Assembly: GCA_965223415.1 (NCBI GenBank)
Contig: OZ245002.1
Coordinates: forward strand, 832,001-896,000
Direction of reading: 5' to 3'
DNA length: 64,000 bases
DNA from: Myxococcota bacterium
GTDB taxonomy: Bacteria; Myxococcota_A; UBA9160; UBA6930
Shown here: positions 18,930-28,033 of the stretch, piece by piece
Position numbering within the stretch: position 1 is the first letter of the stretch
How the letters are laid out: the number at the start of each line of letters is the position of its first letter
Notes under the pieces: model-generated
Seen by the model: only the letters and a program-made list of their open reading frames with translations
Databases searched by the model: none
Told to the model about the DNA's origin: nothing
Program-made: the position numbers and the translations under genes

Positions 18930-19574
18930 TCAGTTCGAGAAGGTCAGGATGTGGGCGATGACGTCCTTCATGGCCTGATCGTCCTGGAGGACCATCGCCA
19001 TGCCACGCATCACCGCGCCGTCGGTGTCCCGGGGATCGCCGCCGCGAATACCCGCCTTGTACTTCTCGATCGAACGGTAGAGGTACCAGTCCGAGAGGCC
19101 GACGAGGGGAGCGCCGTTGGTGGCCGGGACGCCTTCGCCTCGGGCGCCGTGGCAGGCGGTGCAGGGCTGGTAGAGATCGCCGCCGCGGGAGGCGTCTCCG
19201 CCCTCCAGGGTGGGCTGCGCGGAAGGCATGGGAAGCGCCGCGACGTAGGCCGAGACCGCGTTCACCTGCTCGTCGGTCTGCAGCCAGCGCGACATCGGCC
19301 GCATGCGCAGGCCCTCGGCATCGAGAGGGTGATTGGCGCGCACGCCGTCGCGGAACTTGACGAGCTGCTTCGACAGGTACCACTCGGCCATGCCGGCGAT
19401 GGGCGGGGCGCCGACGAGGGCCTTCCCCTCCCCGGCACTGCCGTGGCACTGGGCGCAGAGCGCGAAGATCTCCTCGCCATCGGCCTCGGCCCATGCGGGC
19501 CCGGGCGCGAGGAGGAGGACCGCGGCCATCGCGATCCGGGTTGCCGATGAGATGCGGGTTCGGGGCGACGCCAT
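18930..19574 (-). CDS. Diheme c4-like cytochrome c
   Basis: Signal peptide, CAQCH and CTACH, distal Met-containing segments. Confidence 0.9.
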   Translation of the reverse strand: MASPRTRISSATRIAMAAVLLLAPGPAWAEADGEEIFALCAQCHGSAGEGKALVGAPPIAGMAEWYLSKQLVKFRDGVRANHPLDAEGLRMRPMSRWLQTDEQVNAVSAYVAALPMPSAQPTLEGGDASRGGDLYQPCTACHGARGEGVPATNGAPLVGLSDWYLYRSIEKYKAGIRGGDPRDTDGAVMRGMAMVLQDDQAMKDVIAHILTFSN

Positions 19575-19811
19575 CCTGATCCTTGCGAGCTTTGCCGACG
19601 CAACGCAGGGCCGAAAATCGGCTGGGCAGGGCCTTCCCCCGAGGTCCCCCGTGCGCGGCCATGCCGCGCAAGCCTGCGCGCAAGCGTTGGAAATCGCGGC
19701 GGAGTGTGGGCGGCCTTCCGCAGTTCGTCAACCCGGAAACGGCCCTTTCCGTCCGCCGGGAGCTCTGAAATCGCCAGCCTTTCCGGACGGCTGGGGCACG
19801 CTGCCCCCCCC

Positions 19812-20246
19812 CTAGGCCGGGACCGGGTTGAGGTGGTAGAGGAGCAGGTAGATCACCACACCGGTGACCGATACGTAGATCCAGATCGGCCAGGCGATGC
19901 GCGCCAGACGGCGGTGCCCCTCGAGCCGACCGCGCAGGCCGAGGGTGACGAGGGTGATCGCGAAGACGGGCACGGTCATGGCGAGCAGCACGTGGCTCGC
20001 GAGCAGCGCGAGGTAGAGCCCCTTGGCGAGTCCCTCGGCGTGGAAGGTGGTGTTCTCGAAGTCCCGCGCCGCCTTGTGCAGGACGTAGAGGACGAGGAAC
20101 GCCCCGGAGACGCCAAAGGCCACCAGCATGGTGCGCCGGTGGGCGTCGACCTGTCCCGCCCGGATCAGTAGACGCCCGCGGACGAGCAGGATCGTCGCGA
20201 CGGCGTTCAGGCTCGCGTTGACCGCAGGGAGGAAGAAGAGGTCCAC
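19812..20246 (-). CDS. DUF420 membrane protein
   Basis: LPAVNASLN, HRRTML, HRRLAR..WPIWIYVSVTGV. Confidence 0.88.
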   Translation of the reverse strand: MDLFFLPAVNASLNAVATILLVRGRLLIRAGQVDAHRRTMLVAFGVSGAFLVLYVLHKAARDFENTTFHAEGLAKGLYLALLASHVLLAMTVPVFAITLVTLGLRGRLEGHRRLARIAWPIWIYVSVTGVVIYLLLYHLNPVPA

Positions 20247-20259
20247 GCGGTGCGCGGGT

Positions 20260-21150
20260 TCAGCGGACGAGGAGGTCCGCGATCATCGCGAAGTAGAGCA
20301 GGAACAGGTAGGCGAGGGAGGTGAAGAAGACCCGGCGGGCCGCACCGTCACTGCGCTCGCGGATCAGCCGCACGCCGACCCACACGAACCAGGTGTTGAG
20401 GACCAGCGCAGCCACCCCGTAGAGGCTCCCCAACAGGCCGAGCGGAATCGGCAGCAGGGTGATGACGACCAGCCCGAGGGTGTACCAGAGCATGCGCCAG
20501 CGGGTGCGCTCCGGGCCGACGGCGGCGGGCATCATGGGAATCCCCGCCGCGGCGTAGTCCTCGGCGCGATAGAGGGCGATTGCCCATACGTGGGGCGGCT
20601 GCCAGAGGAAGACGATCCCGAAGAGCAGCAGGCCCGGGAGGCCGACGCTGCCGTTCACCGCAGCGTCGGCGATCAGCGGTGCCGCGGCGCCCGCCGCTCC
20701 GCCGATCACCGCGTTGTAGACCGAGCGCGGCTTCAGCCAGATCGTGTAGACGAAGACGTAGAAGAGGATGCTGGCGACGCCGAGGGCGGCGGCCGGAAGC
20801 CCGCCGGCCAGCCAGAGCAGCCCCGTCGAAGCCACCGAGAGCACCAGGCCGAAGACCAGCGCCGAGCGTGCTCCGAGGCTGGCAGCGGGCAGCGGGCGGG
20901 TACGGGTGCGCTCCATCAGGGCGTCCCGGTCCCGCTCGACGTACATGTTCAGCGTATTGGCGGCGGCCGCGGCCACGGCGATTCCCAGCAGGATCAGGAG
21001 CAGGGACGGAAGCGCGGGCCACCCGCCGGCCGCCATGCCCATCACCGGCAGGGCCGTGAAGATCACGAGGGGCAGGATGCGCGGCTTCGTGAGCGCCAGG
21101 TAGCTCACGAAGCGGCTGCGCGGAGCGGGCTGGGCAGCGGCGGCGCTCAT
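20260..21150 (-). CDS. ctaB: Protoheme IX farnesyltransferase (heme O synthase)
   Basis: LTKPRI, ERDRDALMERTRTRPLP, YTIWLK, WQPPH.WAIAL...DY. Confidence 0.95.
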   Translation of the reverse strand: MSAAAAQPAPRSRFVSYLALTKPRILPLVIFTALPVMGMAAGGWPALPSLLLILLGIAVAAAAANTLNMYVERDRDALMERTRTRPLPAASLGARSALVFGLVLSVASTGLLWLAGGLPAAALGVASILFYVFVYTIWLKPRSVYNAVIGGAAGAAAPLIADAAVNGSVGLPGLLLFGIVFLWQPPHVWAIALYRAEDYAAAGIPMMPAAVGPERTRWRMLWYTLGLVVITLLPIPLGLLGSLYGVAALVLNTWFVWVGVRLIRERSDGAARRVFFTSLAYLFLLYFAMIADLLVR

Positions 21151-21212
21151 CGGGGGCAAGGGTCTCCTCTGGGCGGCACAGGATACGAATTGTGCGCCCG
21201 ACTCTCAAATCC

Positions 21213-21279
21213 GTGAGACAAAGGGACGTTCCTGTCTGTCTCACGGAGTGAGACAGACAGGAACGTCCCTTTGTCTCAC
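21213..21279. repeat. REP-like doublet, second stem variant
   Basis: 32-bp perfect IR (21213-21244 / 21248-21279) with GGA loop; shares the GGGACGTTCCT core with the RAYT REP. Confidence 0.8.
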
Positions 21280-23237
21280 TACTCCGCGTAGCCGAGGGCC
21301 CGGAGCTGCTCGAGGTGCTCCGGGTCGATCGGAGGCGCCGAGCCCGCATCCCGCTCGCGGGCCGGCGGGTGGGCCGCGAGCCAGGCGTCGAGACCCCGCT
21401 CGAGCCGGGCGCGGAGCGCCGGATCCGACGCGGCCAGGTCCGCCGCCTCGCCGGGATCGCGGCCGAGGTCGTAGACGGACACGGCGCCGCGAGCCGTGCG
21501 GCGGAGCTTGTGGGCCCCCTCCCGGTAGACCCGGACGTCGCGGTCGAAGCGTCCGCCGTAGCGCGGATCCAGGTGGGCCGAGTGCTCGCTCGCATACCAC
21601 TCGGCAACGACCGCCGGAGGAGCCGGCCCGAGCAGCGAGCCGGCCCCGCCCTCCGCGCCGAGGCGCTCGAGCACCGTCCCGTGCAGCGAGGTGATCGAGA
21701 CCGGATCGGCCCGCCGCCCGGGGGTGACGCCCGGGCCGCGAATCACCAGCGGAACCGCCAGGCCCTCCTCCCACAGGTCACGGGAGTGGTCGACGAGGGC
21801 GTGCTCACCGAAGTGCTCTCCGTGATCGGAGGTGACGATCACCGTCGTGCGGCCGGCCAGGGGCGGCGCCTCCAGCGCGTCGAGCAGCCGGCCGAGCTGC
21901 GTGTCCAGACGCGAGAGCTCCCGGTCGTACTCGTTCACCAGATGGCGGTGCACGGCGGCGGGCAGGGGCTGCCCTTCCATCACCTGCTCGAGCTCGAAGC
22001 GGGCGCCGGCCGGGGTGGATTCCGCTTCCAGCGGTGCCGCCGCGGTCGGCGGCGCGCGATTGGGCGCGTGGGCGTCCATGTAGTTCACGAACAGGAAGAA
22101 GGAGCGATCGCCGTGTGCACCGAGCCACTGGAGCGCCCGGTCGGTGATCTCGTGGGCGCGATAGTAGGCCCATCGCACCCTCTCCACGCCGTGGGGATCG
22201 AAGCTGTGGGCGAGGGCGTCGAGACCGGGCACCACCAGTCCGCGCCGGGGCGAGGGCACCCAGTAGGTCTCGAAGCCCGCGTCGAGGCCGAAGCGAGGCG
22301 AGAGATAGAAGTGGTTCGAGACCACGGCGCCAGTCGCGGCGCCGTGGCGCCTCACGCGCTCGGCCAGGGTGTCGACGGCATCCGGCAGGGGGTGGGCGTT
22401 GCCGGTTCGGGCCTCGCCGCGGTAGCCGTGGGCGCCGTGGCTGCGCGGCGGCAGCCCGGTGAACATCGATGCGTGGCTGGGCAAGGTCCACGAGGAAGTG
22501 GACCAGGCGGCGTCGAAGACCAGCGCGTCCCGGGCGAAGTGCTCCAGGCGCGGCATGGGATCGCGCTCGTAGCCGTAGAGGGCCAGGTGATCCCGGCGCA
22601 GGGTGTCGAGGACCACCAGCACGACCCCCGGGCCCTCCGGCGCGGGCGCCGCCTCCGCGATCCGCATGCGCGAGCCCGAGCGAGGCCACTCGGCCTGGCT
22701 GGTCACCAGCAGGAGTAGCGCGACGCCGGCGCAGGAGAACGCGGGATGGAGCCGCGGGCGCCAGCGGAGCGGCAAGGCGGCGAGCAGGGCGGCGAGGGGC
22801 AGCACGAGGAGGCCCGCGCGGTGGACGCGGGCGGCGACCAGGCTGGCGGGAAGCGCCAGCGCCACCAGGGGAACAGCCCAGGAGGGATCGACCACCCGGC
22901 TCCCGCGCAGCACCGCGAGCACGAGCCGGCCCAGCGCGAGGACCGCCAGCGCTGCGCACGCGAGCTTCCATGGGAGCGGAATCGCCGGCACCGCGACCCA
23001 TTCGCCCCAGGCCGCCCAGGCCGGCAGCGACGCCGCGACGATTCCGAGCGGGGCCGCGCCCTGCCCGACGCGCAGCCGTGCCGCCGCCGCGCCCAGCCCG
23101 GCCGCCGCCGCCCCCGCCGCCAGGTCCCAGGGCGTGAACACGGAGGAGAACGGCTCCATGCTGACCCAGCGGCCCAGGACCAGTCCGCCGCCCGCCCACA
23201 GCGCGGTCACGACCCACGGCACCCGCTCGTCCCGCAT
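21279..23237 (-). CDS. Membrane-anchored sulfatase/alkaline-phosphatase-superfamily protein
   Basis: Several N-terminal TMs, VVLDTLRRDH, SSWTLPSHASMFTG, NYMDAH, TSDHGE, LRALGY. Confidence 0.85.
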   Translation of the reverse strand: MRDERVPWVVTALWAGGGLVLGRWVSMEPFSSVFTPWDLAAGAAAAGLGAAAARLRVGQGAAPLGIVAASLPAWAAWGEWVAVPAIPLPWKLACAALAVLALGRLVLAVLRGSRVVDPSWAVPLVALALPASLVAARVHRAGLLVLPLAALLAALPLRWRPRLHPAFSCAGVALLLLVTSQAEWPRSGSRMRIAEAAPAPEGPGVVLVVLDTLRRDHLALYGYERDPMPRLEHFARDALVFDAAWSTSSWTLPSHASMFTGLPPRSHGAHGYRGEARTGNAHPLPDAVDTLAERVRRHGAATGAVVSNHFYLSPRFGLDAGFETYWVPSPRRGLVVPGLDALAHSFDPHGVERVRWAYYRAHEITDRALQWLGAHGDRSFFLFVNYMDAHAPNRAPPTAAAPLEAESTPAGARFELEQVMEGQPLPAAVHRHLVNEYDRELSRLDTQLGRLLDALEAPPLAGRTTVIVTSDHGEHFGEHALVDHSRDLWEEGLAVPLVIRGPGVTPGRRADPVSITSLHGTVLERLGAEGGAGSLLGPAPPAVVAEWYASEHSAHLDPRYGGRFDRDVRVYREGAHKLRRTARGAVSVYDLGRDPGEAADLAASDPALRARLERGLDAWLAAHPPARERDAGSAPPIDPEHLEQLRALGYAE

Positions 23238-23278
23238 CACAAACACTCTATCCGTCAGCGTGCGCCTATGCTCCGGCG

Positions 23279-24793
23279 ATGGCGTCTCCCCTTCGCGCCG
23301 CGTTCGCGTGCCTGATCCTGGTCTACGCCGCATGGATCCCCCTGTCCTTCGCGATGGCGCCCAACGCACCGTTCGGGGCGCACCAGGAGCGAGAGGTGGC
23401 GTTCCTCGGGCGCGGCATCGACGCCCTCCCGCTGCTGTCGGAGGAGATCCGGACCCGGGCCCACGCGATCGCGAACGGCGAAGGCCCCTTCGCCGACGCC
23501 TTCCTTCGCCAGGCCACGTGGGCGGCGCTGATGGTGCTCGCCAGCGCGGCGGCGCTCTTCGCGCTGGGCTGGCTCGCCCGAGCGCCGGAGGCCGCGCTCA
23601 CCCGCGAGCTTCGCCGGAAGCTCCTGCGCGCAGGCCTCGCCTTCGGCGGGCTCGCCTTCTTCGCCTATCCGGCCTTCACCCAGGACCCGTGGATGGGCGT
23701 GGCCTGGGGCCGCATGTGGGCCGACGGGCTGAGCCCGTACCACCACGACTTCAGCGACGCGAGCCTCGAAGGGCTGCCGCTCGCCGCCTTCGACCTGCGC
23801 ATGGTCTACGGCCCGCTCTGGGCCTGGATCACCGCCGGGCTCGCCTCTCTGAGCGGGCGCAGTGCCTGGGGCGCGCTCGTCCTGCTGAAGACGCTCCAGC
23901 TCGCCTGCTGGGCGGGCTGCCTGGTGCTGATCTCTCGCATCACGGCGCCGGCCCCGCGGCGCCACGCAGTGGCGTTGGTGCTGTTCGGCTGGCTGCCGTT
24001 CTCGGTCCACTTTGCGGTGGCCGAGGCCCACAACGACGTGATCATGGTGGTGGGGCTGGTGGGCTGGCTGGCGCTGCTCCACGCGGGACGCGCGACCTCG
24101 GGCCTGGCGCTCCTGGCCTCGGCGCTCGTGAAGTACGTGACCGCACCGCTGCTCGCCCTGGAGGTATGGCACCGGCTCCGGGGCACGCCGCGGAGAGGCG
24201 GGCGCGCCCTGGGCCTGCTCGGCGCGGGGCTGCTCGCGGGCCTGCTGCTGGCGACGCCGTTCCTGCTCGAGGGGCCGCTGTTCGAGGACACGGCGAAGAT
24301 GCAGTTCCGCACCCTCTCGCCGGCGAAGGCCCTCTACTCGGCTTGGGGCCGCTGGATGCCGGGCCCCGATCTTCCCATCGACGGGGCCGACGCCCTGGTG
24401 GCCGTGGCCTTCGTCGTGCTGCTGGTGCCGGTCGGCCTGCGATTCCTCGCCCGCGCCAGCCTCGATCGCCTGGTGCCCCTCGCCTTCCTCGCCCTCTGCG
24501 TCGCATCGCTCCTGGCACTCCGGCACACCTGGCCCTGGTGGCTGCTGTGGCCCTTCGCGGTGGGCTGTCTCATCTGGGACTCGCGACTCTTCCTGGGCTT
24601 CCTTCCGATCTTCGTCGTGGCGCCGTTCTTCGACCTCTTCTGGCTCCAGGATCAGGGATGGGCCGGGGCCGATCGCTACGGGCTCTGGCTCTACCTCGCG
24701 GCGGCGACGGGTGTCGCCCCATGCGGATGGCTGCTGGCGCCCGGCCGGCGGGCCCTCGCGAGCCCACCCCACGCCCGCGGCCCCACTCGGTGA
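23279..24793 (+). CDS. GT-C type membrane glycosyltransferase (MptB/GT87-like)
   Basis: Polytopic; QDP...WGR...SPY, VYGPLW, AEAHND, ALVKY motifs. Confidence 0.65.
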   Translation: MASPLRAAFACLILVYAAWIPLSFAMAPNAPFGAHQEREVAFLGRGIDALPLLSEEIRTRAHAIANGEGPFADAFLRQATWAALMVLASAAALFALGWLARAPEAALTRELRRKLLRAGLAFGGLAFFAYPAFTQDPWMGVAWGRMWADGLSPYHHDFSDASLEGLPLAAFDLRMVYGPLWAWITAGLASLSGRSAWGALVLLKTLQLACWAGCLVLISRITAPAPRRHAVALVLFGWLPFSVHFAVAEAHNDVIMVVGLVGWLALLHAGRATSGLALLASALVKYVTAPLLALEVWHRLRGTPRRGGRALGLLGAGLLAGLLLATPFLLEGPLFEDTAKMQFRTLSPAKALYSAWGRWMPGPDLPIDGADALVAVAFVVLLVPVGLRFLARASLDRLVPLAFLALCVASLLALRHTWPWWLLWPFAVGCLIWDSRLFLGFLPIFVVAPFFDLFWLQDQGWAGADRYGLWLYLAAATGVAPCGWLLAPGRRALASPPHARGPTR

Positions 24794-25665
24794 ACGGCCC
24801 CGAGCTGGCGATGGTGATGGTGAGCGCCCTGCTCCACGCCGTCTGGAGCGCCTCGATCAAGGGCAGCGGCGACCCGATCGCCTTCAACGTGATGCAGGGG
24901 AGCCTGACGGTCGCCGTCGGTGCCCTGCTGGTGCCCTGGATGGGCCTCGAGGAGATCGGGCGCCCGGTGTGGCTGCTGCTGGCGGCCACCGGCGTCGCCC
25001 ACGGGCTCTACTGGTACGGTCTCAGCCGCGCGTTTCGGGAGGCGGACCTCTCCCTCGCCTATCCGATCATCCGCTCGACCCCGGCCTTCCTGCCCTTCGT
25101 GGCGGTGCCGCTGCTCGGCGAGCAGCTGAGCGTGCTCGGCGCGCTCGGCATCGCGGTGGTGGTGGCCGGAATCTGGGTGCTGCAGGGCAGTGCGCCCAAG
25201 GGGCCCCAGGGAGGGCGCGGCCTGCGGCTCGCCTACTTCACCCTGGCGACGACGGTGGCCTACTCCCTGCTCGACAAGCAGGCCATGGCGGAGGTCTCGG
25301 CGACGCCGTGGCGGGCGGAGCTGCCCCGCTCGCTGGCGATGTACTTCCTGATCTCGTTCACGGGCCTGCTGGGCTTCGTCCCCCTGGCGGCGCACCGGCT
25401 CGAGCGCAGCGCCGTCGTGGCCTGCTGGCGACAGGAGCGGAGCCGCTTGCTCGGCGCCGTCGGAATCGGGATCGCGGGCTACGGGCTCATCCTGGAGGCC
25501 TACCGAAGCGCGCCGGCCAGCTACGTCGTGGCCGTGCGCCAGCTCTCGGTGTTGTTCGCCCTGGTGATCGCCGTCGCGCTGCTGGGCGAGGGCGTCACCC
25601 GGCGCAGGCTGGTGGGCGGGATCGCTACCGTCGCCGGCGTCGTGCTGATCGCATTGCGGGGGTGA
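24790..25665 (+). CDS. EamA/DMT family transporter
   Basis: GTGA overlap; SALLHAVW, DLSLAYPIIR, YSLLDK, YVVAVRQLSV. Confidence 0.85.
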   Translation: MNGPELAMVMVSALLHAVWSASIKGSGDPIAFNVMQGSLTVAVGALLVPWMGLEEIGRPVWLLLAATGVAHGLYWYGLSRAFREADLSLAYPIIRSTPAFLPFVAVPLLGEQLSVLGALGIAVVVAGIWVLQGSAPKGPQGGRGLRLAYFTLATTVAYSLLDKQAMAEVSATPWRAELPRSLAMYFLISFTGLLGFVPLAAHRLERSAVVACWRQERSRLLGAVGIGIAGYGLILEAYRSAPASYVVAVRQLSVLFALVIAVALLGEGVTRRRLVGGIATVAGVVLIALRG

Positions 25666-26321
25666 GCGTGGGCGTGGACCGGGAGTCGTGGCGGTACCGC
25701 GCGCGGGTGCGGCTGCTGGCGTGGCTGGCAGCGGGCTTCCTGCGCCTGCTGGGCGCGACCTGGCGGGTCCGGGTCAGCGGGCCGTCGCCCTGGGAGGAGG
25801 CGCCCTTCGTGGCGGCACTCTGGCACCAGGGGCTGTTCGTCGCCGCCATCGTCTGGAAGGGCCGCGGGGTGGCGGTTCCGGTGAGCCGCAGCCGGGACGG
25901 CGACCAGATCGACGCCGTCATGCGCCGGCTGGGCTTCGCCGAGAGCCCGCGGGGCTCGAGCTCCCGGGGCGCCAGCTCGCTCCTGCGGGAGATGATCCGG
26001 CGGGTCCAGGGCGGCCAGGTCGTCGGCATGCTGCCGGACGGCCCGCGGGGCCCGGCGGGCGAGGCGAAGCCCGGCGTCGTCGCCCTCTCTCGGGCCACGG
26101 GGGCTCGCCTGGTGCCGGTGGGGGTGGCCGCGGCCCCGGCCTTGCGCTTCGGCAGCTGGGACCGGGCGATCCTGCCGCTCCCCTTCGCCCGGGTGCGCTG
26201 CCGCTACGGAGAGCCCCTCGTCGTGCCGAAGAGGGCCCGTGGCGCGGAGCTCGATGAGCTGCGCGTCCGTCTGGAAGGCGAGCTCGATCGATTGAACCGG
26301 GAGGTCGAGGCCGGCCTCTGA
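25662..26321 (+). CDS. DUF374 / lysophospholipid acyltransferase-family protein
   Basis: GTGA overlap; ALWH, VSRSRDG, RGSSSRG, PDGPRGP, SWDR..LPLPF. Confidence 0.85.
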   Translation: MSVGVDRESWRYRARVRLLAWLAAGFLRLLGATWRVRVSGPSPWEEAPFVAALWHQGLFVAAIVWKGRGVAVPVSRSRDGDQIDAVMRRLGFAESPRGSSSRGASSLLREMIRRVQGGQVVGMLPDGPRGPAGEAKPGVVALSRATGARLVPVGVAAAPALRFGSWDRAILPLPFARVRCRYGEPLVVPKRARGAELDELRVRLEGELDRLNREVEAGL

Positions 26322-26364
26322 TTCGGGGCCGGCCCGGCTGCCGGCCCCCTGGAGACCGACCCCC

Positions 26365-27060
26365 GTGACCCCCCACCTGCGGCTGATGACCGCGAACCTG
26401 TACAACGGACGCGCCACCCCGGAGGCGATCGCCCGGCTGGTCGAGACCCTTCAGGTGGACGTGGCCTGCTTCCAGGAGCTGGCGCCGGCCCAGGCCGAGG
26501 CGATCGGGGCCGTCCTTCCCCACGGAAAGCTCGATCCGCGCACCGACCACGAGGGGGCGGGCATCGCCCTGCGCCGGCCTGCCGAGGTCGAGCGTCTGCC
26601 GCTGCCCCGCCGCGACGCGCGGGTGACGCGGCTCGAGCCCCGCCACTGGCCGGTGCTCGACGCGCCCCTCGAGGTGGTGGGCGTCCACATCCAGGCCCCC
26701 CACGGCAACCCGCCGCCGTGGATCACCCTGCCCCTGCGCCGGGGCCAGATGGCCGGGCTGGTCGACTACTTCGAGAGCGTCCCGCGCCCGCACCGGGTCG
26801 TGGTCGGCGACTTCAACGCGACGCCGCTGTGGCCGGCCTACCGGCGCATGCGCCAGCACCTCTGCGACGGTCCGGCCCAGCTCGCCCGCTCCCGCGGCGA
26901 GCGCCCGCCGCGCACCTGGGGCCCCGGCTTCGCCCGCGGCCTCCGCCTCCTGCGCATCGACCACGTCTTCACCAGCGGCGTCGCCCTCGCCGACAGCGCC
27001 GTCCACCCCATCGAGGGCTCCGACCACGCCGCCCTCGTCGTCGACCTCGAGCTCGCCTGA
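26365..27060 (+). CDS. Endonuclease/exonuclease/phosphatase family protein
   Basis: MTANL, FQE, VGDFNATP, IDHVF, GSDH. Confidence 0.88.
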   Translation: MTPHLRLMTANLYNGRATPEAIARLVETLQVDVACFQELAPAQAEAIGAVLPHGKLDPRTDHEGAGIALRRPAEVERLPLPRRDARVTRLEPRHWPVLDAPLEVVGVHIQAPHGNPPPWITLPLRRGQMAGLVDYFESVPRPHRVVVGDFNATPLWPAYRRMRQHLCDGPAQLARSRGERPPRTWGPGFARGLRLLRIDHVFTSGVALADSAVHPIEGSDHAALVVDLELA

Positions 27061-27065
27061 AAAAG

Positions 27066-27097
27066 CGCAAGAGTGGGGACGTTCCTTGCATCTTGCG
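27066..27097 (+). repeat. REP, left flank of RAYT
   Basis: CGCAAGAGTGGGGACGTTCCTTGCATCTTGCG with internal CGCAAGA/TCTTGCG stem. Confidence 0.85.
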
Positions 27098-27165
27098 TTC
27101 TTGCCGTGGCCTCGGGACAACGAGCCGGCTACATGTGAGGCACCCCGGTCCCGGGGAGTCCAGCC

Positions 27166-27990
27166 ATGGCCCGAGGACCGAGAGTCGACGCGCCTGGCGC
27201 GGTTCAGCACGTCATGATCCGCGGCATCGAACGGCGCCGGATCTTCGTCGACTCCGCGGACTACGACGCCTTCGCCGCCCGCCTCGACCGGCTCCTGCCG
27301 GAGCTCGGGTTTCGCTGCTTCGCCTGGGTGTTGATGCCGAACCACGGCCACTTCGTCCTCCAGACCGGCGAGGTCCCGCTTCCCCAGCTGATGGCGCGCT
27401 TGGGTACGAGCTACGCCCGGTACTTCAACGATCGCCACGACCGGGCAGGGCACGTCACCCAGAATCGCTACAGGTCGCGCCTGGCCGAAGACGAGGCCGA
27501 TCTCAAGGGCCTGATCGCCTACGTCGACCGCAATCCGATCGGTGCCGGCCTCGTACCGGACGTAGATGCGCTGGGAGACTTCGAGTCGTGCGGCTACGCG
27601 GCCTGTATCGGGACGCGACCACCGCGCCCCTTCGAGAGCCCGAGCGAGACGCTGCGGCTGTTCGGCGACGACACCCAGGCGGCTCGCGAGCAGCTCCGCC
27701 GCTGGGTGGAGCACCCGCTGGACACCGGAGCCCCCCTCCCCGCAGAGGCCGCCGAGGAGGACCCGACGCTGCTCGATCGGCTGATCGAGGTGGTGTGCGC
27801 AGGCCACGACCTACCGCGGGAGCGGGTCCTGGGGCCCCGTCACGATCGTCGGACTGTCGCCGCTCGCGCAGAGATCGTTCGCCGGGCCGTCGAGGACCTG
27901 GGCCTGCGCGGCAGCGTCGTCGCGAGGGCTCTCGGTGTGTCCGAGTCGACCGTGAGCCGGGCACTTCGGCGTGGCCGGCCGCCGCCCTAG
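27166..27990 (+). mobile_element. REP-associated tyrosine (HUH/Y1) transposase, RAYT, with C-terminal HTH
   Basis: HVMIRGIERRRIF, AWVLMPNHGHF (HUH), YFNDRH.RAGH..QNRY, YVDRNP; C-terminal HTH; flanked by inverted REPs. Confidence 0.9.
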
Positions 27991-27995
27991 AAAGT

Positions 27996-28026
27996 GCAAG
28001 ATGCAAGGAACGTCCCCGGTCTTGCG
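27996..28026 (-). repeat. REP, right flank of RAYT (inverted)
   Basis: Reverse complement CGCAAGACCGGGGACGTTCCTTGCATCTTGC, 29/31 identical to the left copy. Confidence 0.85.
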
Positions 28027-28033
28027 TTTCGGG

